DNA of 64,000 nucleotides. Origin: Octopus sinensis. Lineage: Eukaryota. Each line of letters starts with the position of its first letter. Within the stretch, counting starts at the first letter, position 1. The notes below the pieces were generated by a model that ran no database searches, was not told where the DNA came from, and saw only the letters and a program-made list of their open reading frames with translations. The stretch spans positions 71,796,001-71,860,000 of the forward strand of contig NC_042998.1 in assembly GCF_006345805.1 (NCBI RefSeq), written 5' to 3'. Made by a program: the position numbers and the translations under genes. Below are positions 27,233 through 40,358 of this stretch, in pieces.

Positions 27233-27974
27233 TATATATATAGTGATGGAGAGAAACAGAAAGAGGAAGATAGAGAGACGAAGCGCTTTTTTAATTTTCG
27301 GCTTAACTTTCATATGATGTACACCATACGAACGTTTATATTCTCTTTCATATAACAAAGAATCTATTAGAATACATACGGTAAAGCACATCTTAACTTT
27401 TATCTAACAACGTAAATTTAGTAAATATAGACATATATCTCCAAACTAAATTTTAATAATAGTTTTTGTTTCATTTTTGCAGCATATACTATTTCACTTG
27501 ATTCGATTTTTATTTTCACCAATATTCTCGAACATATGTAACGTGAAAAAGACACAAATTTCATAAACAAAAAAAGGATAAAACAAAGTATATATGCTGC
27601 TCTGGGAGTTTTGCACTAACACGTTTCCAAATGGCATAATACAATCTATATTTTTTCTACTCTATTCTTATATCTATGTTGATGTTTGAAATAAAAACAG
27701 TTCTCTCCATATATATTTTTACAACAACAATTATATTGCTTATTTCTAATATTGATTTATCACTCTGGCAGAATATCTCTAATGGTTGGGAGCACAAAAT
27801 TGATGAAATCGATTTTAATGCATGAAATATATATTTTCCTGTTGAACCTGGAATATTAACACAAATAAGATTTTAGCAGGAATTGAACTCAAATGTTTAA
27901 GTGTTGCTGCTAAATATCATTTTGAAGATTGTTAGGTATTATAGAAATCTTGGTGTTCAGAGAATGTATATGCA

Positions 27975-28170
27975 TGGCACGACATTTTTGAGAAAGGGGC
28001 CAGTGAATAAGATCGACCCCGTTACGCACTGTGTACTTAATTTATCAACCCTGAAAGGATGAATTGCAAAGTCGAACTCAGCAGAATTTGAACTCAGAAC
28101 GTAATGGCAGACGAAATACCGCAAAGAATTTCGCCCGGCGTGCTAACGGTTCTGCCAGCTCGCTGCCTTA
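27975..28170 (-). mobile_element. SINE family B
   Basis: gtacttaatttatcaaccctgaaaggatgaa...aatttgaactcagaacgtaa...cgcccggcgtgctaacg...ctgccagctcgctgcc is the reverse complement of the 39755 copy. Confidence 0.9.
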
Positions 28171-28240
28171 TTTTCATGGAATAGTACTTCAACACATTTT
28201 AATCAGAATACTGAAGCCATATTCTTAGTACAAATATAAT

Positions 28241-28355
28241 CCAGGTTCAATATCACTGTGTAGCGTCTTGGGCAAGTGACTTCTGCCATAGTCTCAAGCC
28301 AACCAAAATCTTGAGATCGGATTTCGTAGACGGAAAGTGAAAGACACCCGTAGTA
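28241..28355 (+). mobile_element. SINE family A, partial head
   Basis: ggttcaatatcactg...cttgggcaagtg...gtagacggaaagtgaaaga. Confidence 0.7.
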
Positions 28356-28894
28356 ACTATATATATATATATATATATGGCCATGTTGCCAGTTTAGCCA
28401 CTGAAAACATGCACTATATATTTGGTGTTTACATGCTTCATACTAATTGTATTTCGGCCAGAGTTCTTTCGTCACACTTTTGTAACCTCAGCAGTGGTCC
28501 TTTGTTTTCTTCTTTCTTGTTTGTGTGTCTCTCCTAAATAACGATCTGCCATTTTATATTCCTGTTGTATGTGTAGTTATTTGCGCATGCATATATATCT
28601 GTGTGTGTCTATATTTAGTTTCACTATGTTTAGTGAGTGTGTGTGTGTGTGTGTGTGTGAATGTGTATGCTGCCTACATTATCAGTATCCCCTGTTTATA
28701 CATGTTCGTTTAATTTACTTTTATATATTTTATTCCTTTGCTTATATCTACTTATTTTTTGTACTAATTTAATTGAATTTATTTTGTTTATTTGCAGTTA
28801 ATTAATTCCATTTATTCATCAGTGTATTGTATTATCTTCATATTATCAGACTATAGGGATCTTATTAGGGCATATGTTGTGCTGTGTCAGTGTG

Positions 28895-29760
28895 TGTGCT
28901 AGTGTTCCAATCTACTTTTCTATTCAGGCTAAGTTTATCTTCTATTATGTGTGTAGCTTCCGTAATTTGACTAAGCGTTGCTTCTGTTCTATGTGTGGAC
29001 ACAATTTTAACTTCTATGTTATTGAGTGAGCCCATGTGTTCCAGCTCGGCATGCTGGTATAGAACCGATGAGCTCTTCCTTCCTTAAGTTCCTTCCAATT
29101 CTCATTTACCCGCTCTCCTATGTTTCGCGCTGTCTTCTCTACGTACGACATTGTCTTGTTACTGCACCGCCCCTCTGTATATCTTATACTATAGACTACA
29201 TTCCTAGCTTTACAGATTATTTGTGGGCTAAATCGACATACAATACAGTTCCTATCAGGGTAGTTTCTACCGATTAGGGATTTGATAAGCTTACCTTGCC
29301 TTTCTACAACCTTAATTCTTAGCTTAGGTTTGTCTATGGTCTTTCTAATGCTATTCTCCTCTAGGGGCGGTGTCGACGAACATGACACTCTGGTATTTGT
29401 GATTATCATACTATGAGTTGGCCTTCCTAGTTTCTTCTTGGTACTTTCAATGATGTTCCATAACTTGCTTCTATAGAGTGGGTAAATCCCATTCCTATCG
29501 TTAGGTATGATAGTTTCAAATACCCTCATGGCTTCTTTATATGCTCTGATACTTTCTCAAAGGTTGTGTCCTGAGAATTGCATGCGGTGAACGAATTGCT
29601 GTATGTCTAGGTTTACCAAAGCAATGGCCTCTAAATACCTGATCCACTGGAACTCAGCTATCGTAGACAATGCCAAATTTAATATATTGATGGCAGACAT
29701 CATCAGAGTAAGGAGAAATGTGTCCCGCATGTGCGACACTACAGAGTTAAAGAGACACAT
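28895..29760 (-). mobile_element. Penelope-like element 3' part (RT thumb/linker plus GIY-YIG), decayed
   Basis: ORF 29014-29529 has CIVCRF...CKARNVVYSI...YVEKTARNIGERVNE. Downstream reads EVKIVSTH...QITEATHI...LNRKVDW (PLE C-terminus). Upstream reads RMQFSGH. Confidence 0.8.
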
Positions 29761-29771
29761 ACAACAATATT

Positions 29772-29955
29772 ATTTTATTCTTTTACATGTTTCAGGCATT
29801 GGACTGCAGCCATGCTGGAACACTGCCTTTAGTCTAGCAACTCGACCCCAGGACTTATTCTTTGTAAGCCTCTGATTATATTGGTCTCTTTTGCCAAACC
29901 GCTAGTTATGGGGACGTAAACACGCTAGCATCTGGGAGAACAAACACAGACACAC
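29772..29955 (-). mobile_element. SINE family A, 3' half
   Basis: ttttattcttttac tail, gccatgctggaacactgccttt, ggacttattctttgtaagcc, ggggacgtaaacac. Confidence 0.85.
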
Positions 29956-30274
29956 TAACATAAAAACCGATACACAGGCACACTGACTACTGTGTGTGTC
30001 GGTAAAAGATAAATTCAACCTACCAAGTACTTACAGAAATACCCACATCGCTAGATTAGACATAATCCTGGCAAAAAGGATGAGCATCCCTGTGAAATTT
30101 ATCCAATAGTGCAGCAATAATGCAGCATCGCCAGATGTAATGATCAACAATGATGATCATCCGGATGCCCACGGATAATACGGTCTATACTCTACAAATG
30201 CAAAGGATGCCGACTCTGATGTCAAAATTATGCGATGTATTAAATATTTATAAATTTCATACTAAAACCACTGT

Positions 30275-30325
<51 letters not shown>

Positions 30326-30329
<4 letters not shown>

Positions 30330-31163
30330 ATTTACAAAATAAGGGCAAAAGAAAAATTCTAATGCCAAATATGCCGAAAAAAAGACAAAAGGAGTGGCTG
30401 GGTGGTGAGTAGGTTGCTAACTAACCACATGGTTCTGGGTTCAGTCCCACTGCGTGGCATCTTGGGCAAGTGTCTTCTGCTATAGCCCCGGGCCGACGAA
30501 TGCCTTGTGAGTGGATTTGGTAGACGGAAACTGAAAGAAGCCTGTCGTATATATGTATATATATATATGTGTGTGTATATGTGTTTGTGTGTGTGTGTTT
30601 GTGCCCTAGCATTGCTTGACAACCGATGCTGGTGTGTTTACGTCCCCGTCACTTAGCGGTTCGGCAAAAGAGACCGATAGAATAAGTACTGGGCTTACAA
30701 AGAATAAGTCCTGGGGTCGACTTGCTCGACTAAAGGCGGTGCTCCAGCATGGCCGCAGTCAAATGACTGAAACAAGTAAAAGAGTATAAAGAGTAACCAT
30801 TATAATTTATGGGTTTCTGTGAAAGTTTCTAGTTCGAATCACATGTGTCTCGAAATGAGCCGAAGATTTTCTATTTTGGATATATTTGCGGTACTTAGAT
30901 CTGCCCAGGACTTAGTGCTTAATTTTTCCATGGGTATGAGTAAGTATTTCACTTATATCTCACGTATTTATCGCTGAAGAGGGGAAAATTCTTATGAATT
31001 AACCCCGAAATTGGGACCAATACGGTAATAACGGATTTTGTAGAAATTTCTATCGGTTTGTTTCGAGACGCATAAATTATAATAGTTATTGACAATTTTG
31101 TTCTTTTTTTTTCGGCATATTTGACATTAGAATTTTTCTTTTGCCCTTATTTTGTAAATTATT
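30326..31163. mobile_element. Candidate MITE with ~64-bp TIRs, containing a SINE insertion
   Basis: 30327-30390 is a near-perfect reverse complement of 31096-31162. TA dinucleotides at 30324-25 and 31164-65. Confidence 0.6.
30391..30795 (+). mobile_element. SINE family A, near full length
   Basis: tRNA-like head with Pol III A/B-box-like motifs (ggagtggctgggtgg; gggttcagtccc), internal (TA/TG)n and (AAGAGT)-type tail; highly similar to 50956-51363. Confidence 0.95.
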
Positions 31164-31297
31164 TATAAATTTAACCTTTAAAGGTATTTTTTGACATGCT
31201 GGCCATTGATAAAATTTTTTTCCCGAAAAAAATTTTATCCTACATTAGTTATTTTTTTGACATCAATGTCTTTATATTGTATAAGCATTTCTCAAAA

Positions 31298-32419
31298 TCA
31301 CGTTTGGAAAACAATATCTATCCTGTGGTGACAGTTTTCATTGACGCATTTCAGAATGCGTTCTTGCAAATTGGCCTCTATTCTCTCTAGCATCGCTCTT
31401 TCGATTTGGGCGACTTTCACATGAATAGCTTCCTTTAAATCGTCCTGTGTACGGAGCCTCTGCGCATACACACGTATCTTCATGTTCCCCACAATACATA
31501 ATCACACATGATCTAATCAGTAGACCGATGGGGCCAAAGAATATCAGCAAATCTGGAAATAAGGCTGTCACGGGAGAGATGGTGAAGAACGCCCATTGAT
31601 GCTCTGGCTGTTTGGGCCGTCACCCATCTTGCTGATCCCACACACGTCGAATATGTATACATTTTCGACAGGATTCAGGCATAAAGAAGTTGCTTATCAT
31701 CTCGATGTAACGCTCAGAGTTCACAGAAACACAATTACCATTATCATCTTTAAAAAAGTAAGGACTAACGACGGCAACTTTTCCAACAACACACCAGATT
31801 GTCACCTTTGGGCTGTGAAGTGGGTTTTCGTGCAGTTTCTCGAATTTTCAAATTTTCTATAACGACAGTTCTGTTTAATCACCATGTCACTGAGATGAAA
31901 ATGAGCATCATCACTCGTTAACAAAATGAGTTTGTCATTTGCTTCAAGAATTGCTTCCGTTTGACGTACGAAGTTAAGCCGCTCTGCATAGCCCCATGGT
32001 TTCAACTGTTGCCCTATGACAAATGTGTACAGTTGGGAATGCTTGTTTTCATGCAAAATACGCCTTATCGATCGATTCCCGTTCGTGGCGACCCCGCCAA
32101 TCTTCTATTCATTAATGTACCTCGTGTAGGAAGTGCATTCACCCAATGTAAGATTGTATTACTTGTGGGACCAGCCTGATTTAGGTGAATGTTGAAGTGT
32201 CGCCGAAACTCACGCTAAATTGCTGTGACAGACTCCTTAGTCTTTGGCATAGGAAAACGCGCTATTCTCTATCGTCCACAGCACCATGACTTTACCTGAA
32301 AAGCAAATAAATGTTAAGACACTACGGACCGAATGATACCTGTCGGATATATGCCCCCCACCCCTTGGGCTGAGTAACAGCCATTTCAAAAAGGTTCGTT
32401 TTCTCTACCCCACGCCGTA
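31298..32419 (-). mobile_element. Decayed Tc1/mariner (maT/DD37D-like) transposon
   Basis: Frameshifted transposase: LTSDDAHFHL...KQNCRY (D1), TIWCVV...PYFF...VNSERYIEMI, QQDG (D2), WPHRSTD...LWGNMKIRVY (D3), ending RILKCVNENCHH. One terminus at ...ccccacgccgta|TA. Confidence 0.85.
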
Positions 32420-33155
32420 TACGAATTATATCTTGCTGATAAAGAAATGCCATTGATAACAATAACTTTTTCATGAATGAAAATCTATTTTACTTTTATT
32501 CCATAGATTTTGTGTAATATTATGCTGTTTATTTACGATTGTGTTTATTTTATTTTGTTCTATTGCAGTAAACAAGAAGACGGAATTGAAGTTAACAAAG
32601 TGATTTTGTGATGGAAATGTAGTTTGTTATTTATAGTTTATAACTGCTTACTGATGACTCCCTCATATGAATACATGTGAAATTGATAGTCAACATGTAC
32701 ATTAACTGTAACTTTCTCAACTGCCTAACAATAAAAGAAAATACGTCTTCAAAGTAAATTACTTTGATCTCTTTCCTGGCAAAACAACAATTCGTAGATA
32801 CAGAAGGAAAAATCAAAGAATCTGAATCATAGAAAACTATCCTTAGGGTTGGAAATATTCTTTAGAACATTGCCAAAACGATTTCATATCAACTGGTAAA
32901 AAGCCAATTCTAAATTATTTTAGAAAAGTTTGAGAAATCAAGATTGTCTTTATCTCTTTCAAATGATCTCAAAATACACTGATTTGAAATAGCACATAGT
33001 TTATAATTTGAAATCTTGGCTGTTACAATATATATCCTGTATATGATTGTAACATGTAAATCCCAATATTTTCTGTTCATCAACCGTGTATTTTGTACCT
33101 ATATATATCGTCACCATTTACACGGAATGCATAATATATAAATTGCGGAGACATT

Positions 33156-33272
33156 TATATTCCAGAGTATATGTTTGTTAGAATATATTTAGTTCAACTA
33201 AGATAACATATTTACATTGGAGTAAATCAATTAGATTCTGGTATATCAGAAAAAAATGTTTTTATCATATAA
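33156..33272 (+). pseudogene. Candidate decayed LRR coding remnant
   Basis: One frame reads YIPEYMFVRIYLVQLR*HIYIGVNQLDSGISEKNVFII* (IPxxxF..LxxLxxLxIxxNxL....xxF pattern). Confidence 0.4.
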
Positions 33273-33619
33273 AAGGTATATATTATGAGCAATGCTTATG
33301 ATATAAAGGGATATATAAACCCGGCATGGCACTCTTTGATTGCAGTTTGCAACAAATTTCTATGGAGTTCCAAATTGAGTTTAGGATATTTCACAAAGCA
33401 GGTGATAATCATTCAGTTATAGTTTTTCTTCTGCTACCATTTTGTGATACACCGAAATTCCTCTTCTCTATTGTTAATTGTATTGTTTAAAGTAGATTCA
33501 TTGTGGATGTGGATCAAGGTGTGAGCCTTATATGATTACTGGCTCATTCCATAATCCGACACGCTCTCCCGGGTGACACAACAAATGTTGATCATATTTC
33601 GAATTGCGTTAAGATAGCG

Positions 33620-34230
33620 ATAACGATATACGGTTCACAACTGAACCACATCCATCACGAATCTACTTCTTTTGTCATGACAGCTAACTTGAAGGCTTTT
33701 CTCTTATTTGCTCCTGTAACCAGCCTAAAAATATTCTGCGTCGATCTTGCAACCCCTCTTAGATAATTTAGATATAATTCAACAAAGCATCAAATTTCAA
33801 TCCCTTCCTCTCCTTTATTTCCTCAACAAGGATTTCCTAAGGGATAGGGGGTTCTAATAACTTAACCTACTGAGATATTTGGGAGATATTTTCCAAGTTA
33901 ACGTAATCAATTGTGTTCTGGTGGCTTCTGGCAATTCCGTAGCTTTCGCAAATCAATGTTTAGTTATTTGATTTTTGTCTTGGCTAGCACGTTACAGTAG
34001 GGACTCCTAGCAGCTGATATCAGCTTCAGTTGACGAGGTGATGTAGCTCCTTGCTACACTAATGGCTAATCCTTCTAAAATGTTGGTTATATTCTTCAGG
34101 GCAGCGTCAACGCACCAGTGGTAAGTACACCAACCTAAAGCCTTTGAAGTGGCAGGAAGGATATGCTCCAACGTACCTTCTTTCAGGCAAAGGAAGCAAG
34201 GTAGTAACTCCAGTTTCATCAAGGAAAGCA
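33620..34230 (-). mobile_element. Decayed HERO/NeSL-like RLE non-LTR 3' fragment
   Basis: CFLCLKEGTLEHIL...SKALG..YHW zinc knuckle. The C-terminus GVARSTQNIFRLVTGANKRKAFKLAV...VDS*WMWFS resembles HERO-type ends (ASRWLW). Confidence 0.55.
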
Positions 34231-35992
34231 ACAGTACATACATAAGAAAAACATTTGTGATAATACTGAAACCGGAAACGGTATTATTACGTAACATTTG
34301 AGATGCAATTATTTTTCAAGCATGTACACGCAATAGAACTTCTGTATTATGGATTTTGCTAAATACACCAGCAGCGATATTTGATCGTTATCACCATGTA
34401 TTGTGATCTTGTATTTTCCCATTATATACGTTACTGTTTTGTCTCTCTTAATCCTTGCACGACATGTCTTCGTTTATAACTTCCAGTATTTCACTATACA
34501 TATCAAGAGAGAATTCTTATAAACGCAGGAGGAATGTACATAATCACTTCATTAATATATTTTCTTATATTTCAGTACAACATACAAATTTACAGATGCG
34601 AACGGCTTACATTCAATGAAGTTACTGCATTTCTTGCTCTGATTACACAATGAAAAGAAGATATTACTTGTAGTGATGTCTAAATTAATTGGCTTAAACG
34701 ATCGCGCATCGTTCAATATATATATATAGATGCACTTAAATGCATCTATATAATTATCCGTTCTATATTCCCGCATATTGCATTTTAAAAATATTAATGG
34801 AAATAGTTTGATACGTAAAAGACTGAACACAATGGCTTAGATTTTGAAATTTAATCTCACATTCCAACTTAAAACTGTCAACAGGTTGTTTTTTTTTATA
34901 CATAACATAAAATTCATTGTGAACTACTTAACATTTTGTGGATATATCGTTAATAATTAAATAAATATACTATATGTTTTAAATTTATATCCAAATAAAA
35001 ATGTACTCTCAGCGAAATACTTTTTTTATATCATTATTATTTGATAAATCTGAGAGTATTCTTGAAAAACTGAGATCACGTGAAGATGATATGGAAGGCA
35101 ATTTAGGAAAATAAATTAACTGATGGATATGTATTGATTAAAAATGACATCATTGAATTAATCAACTGTAATTGGGAATTCTTCATTTGACAAGTTAAAT
35201 GCACTTAATTTCTCAACATCTGAATGTGTGAACACGCGTTTCGTTTATGTATTTATACGCTTTGGTAATTTCCCCTTCTAGCAGTGATTCAAATCAAGAT
35301 ATGCTTCAGATTGCACCAGAAATTTCATTAACAATTGTCTGAGTACAAATACTTGAGTGTCAACTTAATGTTAGCAAGAAATCATCTTTGATTGAATCAA
35401 TACTAAGCGATATCTGCACCATTTTGCAAAGAATTTAATATTCTCAGATTCTGGTGATAATGCTTAGCAATTCCAGCACACATGAACACTTTCAGTTGGC
35501 ATTAAATTAATATTGAATAATACAAGTTACTTCGAACGTAACATGATTACACATTTCTGAGGCAGTATCGATATGAAATAGATACACTATTATCGTACAG
35601 AATATCAGAGGTCGATTGTAATTATCAAAATAGGATATATCATACTGTTAAACACCAATTGCTAGCCAATACATTATAGTAATGGAACATATACAATTTA
35701 TTATGAGATGTATTTGAATTAAACCACTATCGAGTTATCTGTGGCCCATTTTCAACGTCCGTTTTTATTTCCTCACACATATGTATGCATGATGTTAGTT
35801 TACATTAATATCACTAGTAAACGTTTACTTCAAGGTGCAAAAGAGTTGGTACATATATAATCGTCACTAATTGTGACTGAATGTACTGAAACTACCTATA
35901 CTGCAAGCAGGATGTAAACCGCATGATGCTGGGTGAAATACTTATTTCTATACATTGACAGGGGAGATATACGCCACATGAACAAAGCTAGA

Positions 35993-36020
35993 TTTCATCC
36001 CTTAATTCGGGACTCATCAG
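35993..36020 (-). ncRNA. Degenerate hammerhead core
   Basis: Minus strand CUGAUGA-GUCCC gaauuaa GGGAU-GAAA. Stems I and III are not recoverable. Confidence 0.45.
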
Positions 36021-36127
36021 CAGTAGTGTGTCCCCATTGCTTCATGTACAGAAATTTGTGTTCCCTGCAGCTTTAAGAGACTTAACGCTTATTTCTTGAC
36101 ACATGATTGATCTCACCAATTCCAGCC

Positions 36128-36191
<64 letters not shown>

Positions 36192-36226
36192 TATATATAA
36201 TATATATATATATATTCTAACAAAAA

Positions 36227-36264
36227 CTGTCTGATGAACGGCAACGAGAAACTCAGAGTAACAG
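36227..36264 (+). ncRNA. Type I hammerhead ribozyme motif, dimer type
   Basis: Stem I CUGU/ACAG; CUGAUGA 36231-37; short stem II CG-GCAA-CG; GAAA 36248-51; stem III ACUC-A-GAGU; GUA triplet. Confidence 0.65.
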
Positions 36265-36296
36265 ATTTTGTTGAATTTTCTGCTGCTTTAAATAAA

Positions 36297-36351
<55 letters not shown>

Positions 36352-36453
36352 TGCATGTATGTATATATATATACATATATACTTATATATATATGTAGGG
36401 AAATATATACATATGTACATACATATATATCTATATACATATGAATATATATA

Positions 36454-36503
<50 letters not shown>

Positions 36504-37472
36504 TGTCAACTGAATGTGACACTCCCATGGAGGACAGGACATCATACTACTGCTATTTAGCCCTAGCAAGCAGCAACGCTTCCTTTCGGCCTTGACACAT
36601 TTCCTGTTTCCTTATGTTTACAAGGGGGAGATAAGCTGGGTGAGTTAAGAGTATACAACTACTTTATCGTACCACTACTGCATAAATCCCTCTGAGATAT
36701 TTAGAAATGTATATATATATATATATTAATAATTGTCTATATAATTATAACAAGTGATTGGAAATATGCCTCTCCACGCGCTGGAAATAGACGCCACCTC
36801 ACAGGTTGTAGTTGAGCATAACAAAAATAGTTAACTAAATCTATAAACCTCATTTCATGCTAAAGTTGAAAAAATATACCGACTATTATCATCAGCATCA
36901 ATATTCCGTAGCATTATATATATAGAGAGAGAGAGAGAGGGAGAGAGAGAGAGAGAAAGACAGACAGACAGACAGAGAGACAGAGAGAGAAAGAGAAGGA
37001 GAGAGAGAAAGAGAAAGAGAGAAGGGAGAAAGATATAGAGTGGGAGAGAGAGAGAATTTAAAAAAAAAACTTGTCCTATTAGGAGAGTCTTTAGAACGTC
37101 AGGCGGTATGGCATGCATATTTCGCTTCGGTTCTCCGCGGTCTGCTTTCATGCCGTTTTCCCATTTAGTATTATGTCAACAGGGAGGTTGTTAACACTGT
37201 AATTGCTATATAGTATCTTTCTCTCGTGACATAATATCAAATACAGGTAAGGAATTGTCTACAAATCGGCAAGTATATTTAAATGTGTACGAAAATATAT
37301 TTAAATATACACTTGAAAAGCAAGAAATCACCTACACCATAACTTTAGGTTTGTGTGAAGGCCTGCCCCTATAAATAATGGACAGAGGTCGATCAAAATC
37401 CCTTTTGGGTTGCAAGGTGGGTTTTCTACTGAAACCAGAAGTTAGATCCAAATTTTAGAGACACAATGTAGT

Positions 37473-37811
37473 GTGACAAAATTTCTAAAGGCCACTACGC
37501 TTTGTAAATATGCATCAAAGTTTAAGATTAACACCAAAAACGAGAACGTTCCCATCATCGGAATTTTATATTTTGGTCAAAATAATATCATGATGGAAGA
37601 CACTTACTCTCGGGGAAATGCAGTGTGCTTGAATATCTGGAAACTCTTAATCGAAATCCTTAATCACAGAACTGCATCTGCGTCCACTAGAAATGATACC
37701 GAAATCTTCTTCAGTTCACTCGATTGATAATATAATTCTAGATGTTGCATTTCTGAAATTATAAAAAGTAGAGAGATGCTGGGAACACCCTTTGCTGTAT
37801 GTTTTTGCTAG
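37473..37811 (+). pseudogene. Candidate decayed LRR plus LRRCT remnant
   Basis: GILYFGQNNIM (ORF 37473-37727), LEYLETLNRNP* (37628-37663) and MLGTPFAVCFC* (37776-37811; compare LRRCT LxxNPFxCxC), in different frames. Confidence 0.35.
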
Positions 37812-38929
37812 CAAATCTACTATGAATTTAAATGAAAACAACTACGGCGATAAAAATCTTACGTACATGCATAGTCATTTTTTTTATTGTTCTTTATAAA
37901 GTAATTTATTCTCGTGTATTTTTAAAAATTTAATATATCCAAATTTCAGAGTAATTTTCGCAGAATAGATGAAGTTGAGTAAAATAGTTAAAAATAAAGA
38001 TAAACAAATCAATTTGCAATGGTTATTTAACAGTAATTACATTCGAACTATGTCCGCAACTCCTAAAAAACGACAGTTTATACATACTTGTTTATTGCCG
38101 GTTATTGCCGGTTTGAGTAGGTAGTATAGTAAAGACATTATCAGTCTTCAGTCTTAGCTTTGAAAACTTTTGCCAAATATTCTATTTAGGATAATATCAA
38201 TTATTGCCTGATTTACACAGTTAACAGTACTACACATGTGTTACATTTTCTATAAATGAGAAACATTAGCACAGGTAGCATGGAAGAATAATAGGGAATA
38301 TAATAAATTGATAAATTCCTTTATTAATTTTTATATATTTTCCTATGTGTCTAGTTTTCCATATTCATATAATTTTAATTAGATTTCTTTAAAGATTTAT
38401 AAAATTGTACATCACTAGACTATATACTTTTGACATGAATCTACGTGACACTTTACATTGCTGCCGCTTAAATTACTATTTTAAATGCAAGAAAGAGCAA
38501 AAACAATGATAAACAGTGTCTATGTTTAGAGCACCATTAAAGCAATCGATCAAAGAATATGTAACATAAAATGTTCATAAGATGGAATAAATTAATTTTT
38601 CAAAAGGAAGAGGATGCTATAACTTGTTTCCTAGAAATGCATTGTTTCGCTATAATATATATGTGAACATATTCCCTCTATCTTTAAAACTCATCTAGAC
38701 TTGTACATGTTTATAAAATTTTATGGAGAATGAAATAATTATTGTCCCTTGTATTTTAGCAGATATACGTACATAAGTTTATACTTTCGTCTTTCAGATC
38801 CGTGAGAATGGATGCAATTCAACTATAATGAACATTAAAATGCATAAAGAGAAACGATAAAATATAAACGAAGGTAGAAAATATATATAACTCATTTCAA
38901 CCTGGTTTAGAGGAAATATTGGTTTCACA

Positions 38930-39100
38930 TTTCAGCACAAGGCGAAGTCGATCTCAATGCTCAACTGGTAGTTATTTTATCCGACTCGAAAGGAAGAAAG
39001 GCAACGAAGACTTCGGTGGAATTTACACAGAACGCAAGCACTGACGAAATGCCGCTAATCATTTTGCCGGGATTGCTAAATCTTCTGCCAGCTCATTGCT
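38930..39100 (-). mobile_element. SINE family B, diverged
   Basis: caactggtagttattttatc...gaaaggaagaaaggcaa...gacgaaatgccgcta...ttctgccagctc. Confidence 0.7.
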
Positions 39101-39754
39101 TGATTTATAAGAAATATGAATTACTAAAATAGAAACTAAATCTCAAGAGCTGCGGAGGGGTTTTGCCTACCTTAACGTACCAGTAATTGACTAGTATATA
39201 TTTTTCACTCTACTTATAATGTGTAGTAAACGATACCTCGGTGGTATTTGAAAACCAGAACACAAATAAACTTCCGTGAATACTGCAAGGCACACGTCCG
39301 TTACTCCAACTATTCTGACAATCCTCGTCTTTCGATTCACAAAACATTTGAAGATAAGGTTTTGCGTTTATAAAATCTTTCTCTCTACAATTTAGAGATT
39401 CTTTGGAACGACATTACGGTAGAATGTTCGCTTCATATACGAAAGTAATATATTTTTGGTAATATAATATGAAAATATCGTATGATTTAAATAAATATTT
39501 AAATAATTAATATAACACATAATAAAAAAAATAACACCTCCGTTATCAAAATGTCTATGGAATGAAATCAATGCTCTCTACGCTTGCAGCCGGTCGGAAT
39601 GAGAATCATTCTAATAATCTCAAACTGCAATTGCGACACTCTCCCTGAGAATACTTTGCCCTCCTTTAGAATGGTTAATCTGCTGGTGTAACTTAAGAGC
39701 TGTTTGAAAAATTACATGCCCAGACCACGACATAACAGAATATGGGATTCATCA

Positions 39755-40358
39755 AAGGCGGCAAGCTGGCAGAAACGTTAGCATGCTGGGTGAAATGCGT
39801 AGCGGTGTTTCGTCTGCCGTTACGTTCTGAGTTCAAATCCCGCCGAGGTCGACTTTGCCTTTCATCCTTTCGGGGTCGATTAAATAAGTACCAGTTACGC
39901 ACTGGGGTCGATATAATCGACTTAATCCGTTTGTCCTCGGTGTGTTTAGCCACTTGTAGGTAGTAAAGAAATAGTAATTTCTTCTGCAGCTACGTTCTGA
40001 GTTAAAATTCCACCGAGGTCGACTTTGCCATTCATCCTATCGGGGTCGATTAAATAAGTACCAGTTACGCACTGGAGTCGATATAATCGACTTAATCTGT
40101 TTGTCTGTCCTTGCTTGTGCCCTCTGTGTGTAGCCCCTTGTGGGTAGTAAAGAAATAAGAAACGTTAGCACGCCGGGCGAAATGCTTATCGGTATTTCGT
40201 CTGTCTTTACGTTCTCAGTTAAAATTCCACCGAGGTGACTTTGCCTTTCATCCTTTCGAGGTCGATAAATTAAGTACATGTTGCGTACTGGGATTGATCT
40301 AATCGACTGGCCCCCTCCCCGAAAATCTCGGGCCTTGTGCCTAGAATAGAAAAGAATA
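39755..40358 (+). mobile_element. Head-to-tail trimer of SINE family B (Meta-domain-like)
   Basis: Three copies of ttctgagtt.aaatt.c.ccgaggtcgactttgcctttcatcctttcggggtcga...aagtac at ~39755-39973, ~39974-40158 and ~40159-40358. Confidence 0.95.

Noticed and set aside
32654-32690. CTGATGA...GAAA (also CTGATGA at ~7660, ~16733, and minus strand ~29695, ~54365)
   Set aside because: No supportable stem II, GAAA or NUH arrangement.
37612-37755. Minus-strand segment between a strong acceptor (tttttataatttcag) and GTAAGT
   Set aside because: Stops in all three frames. It could be a non-coding exon, but this is unsupported and overlaps the + strand LRR-like remnant.
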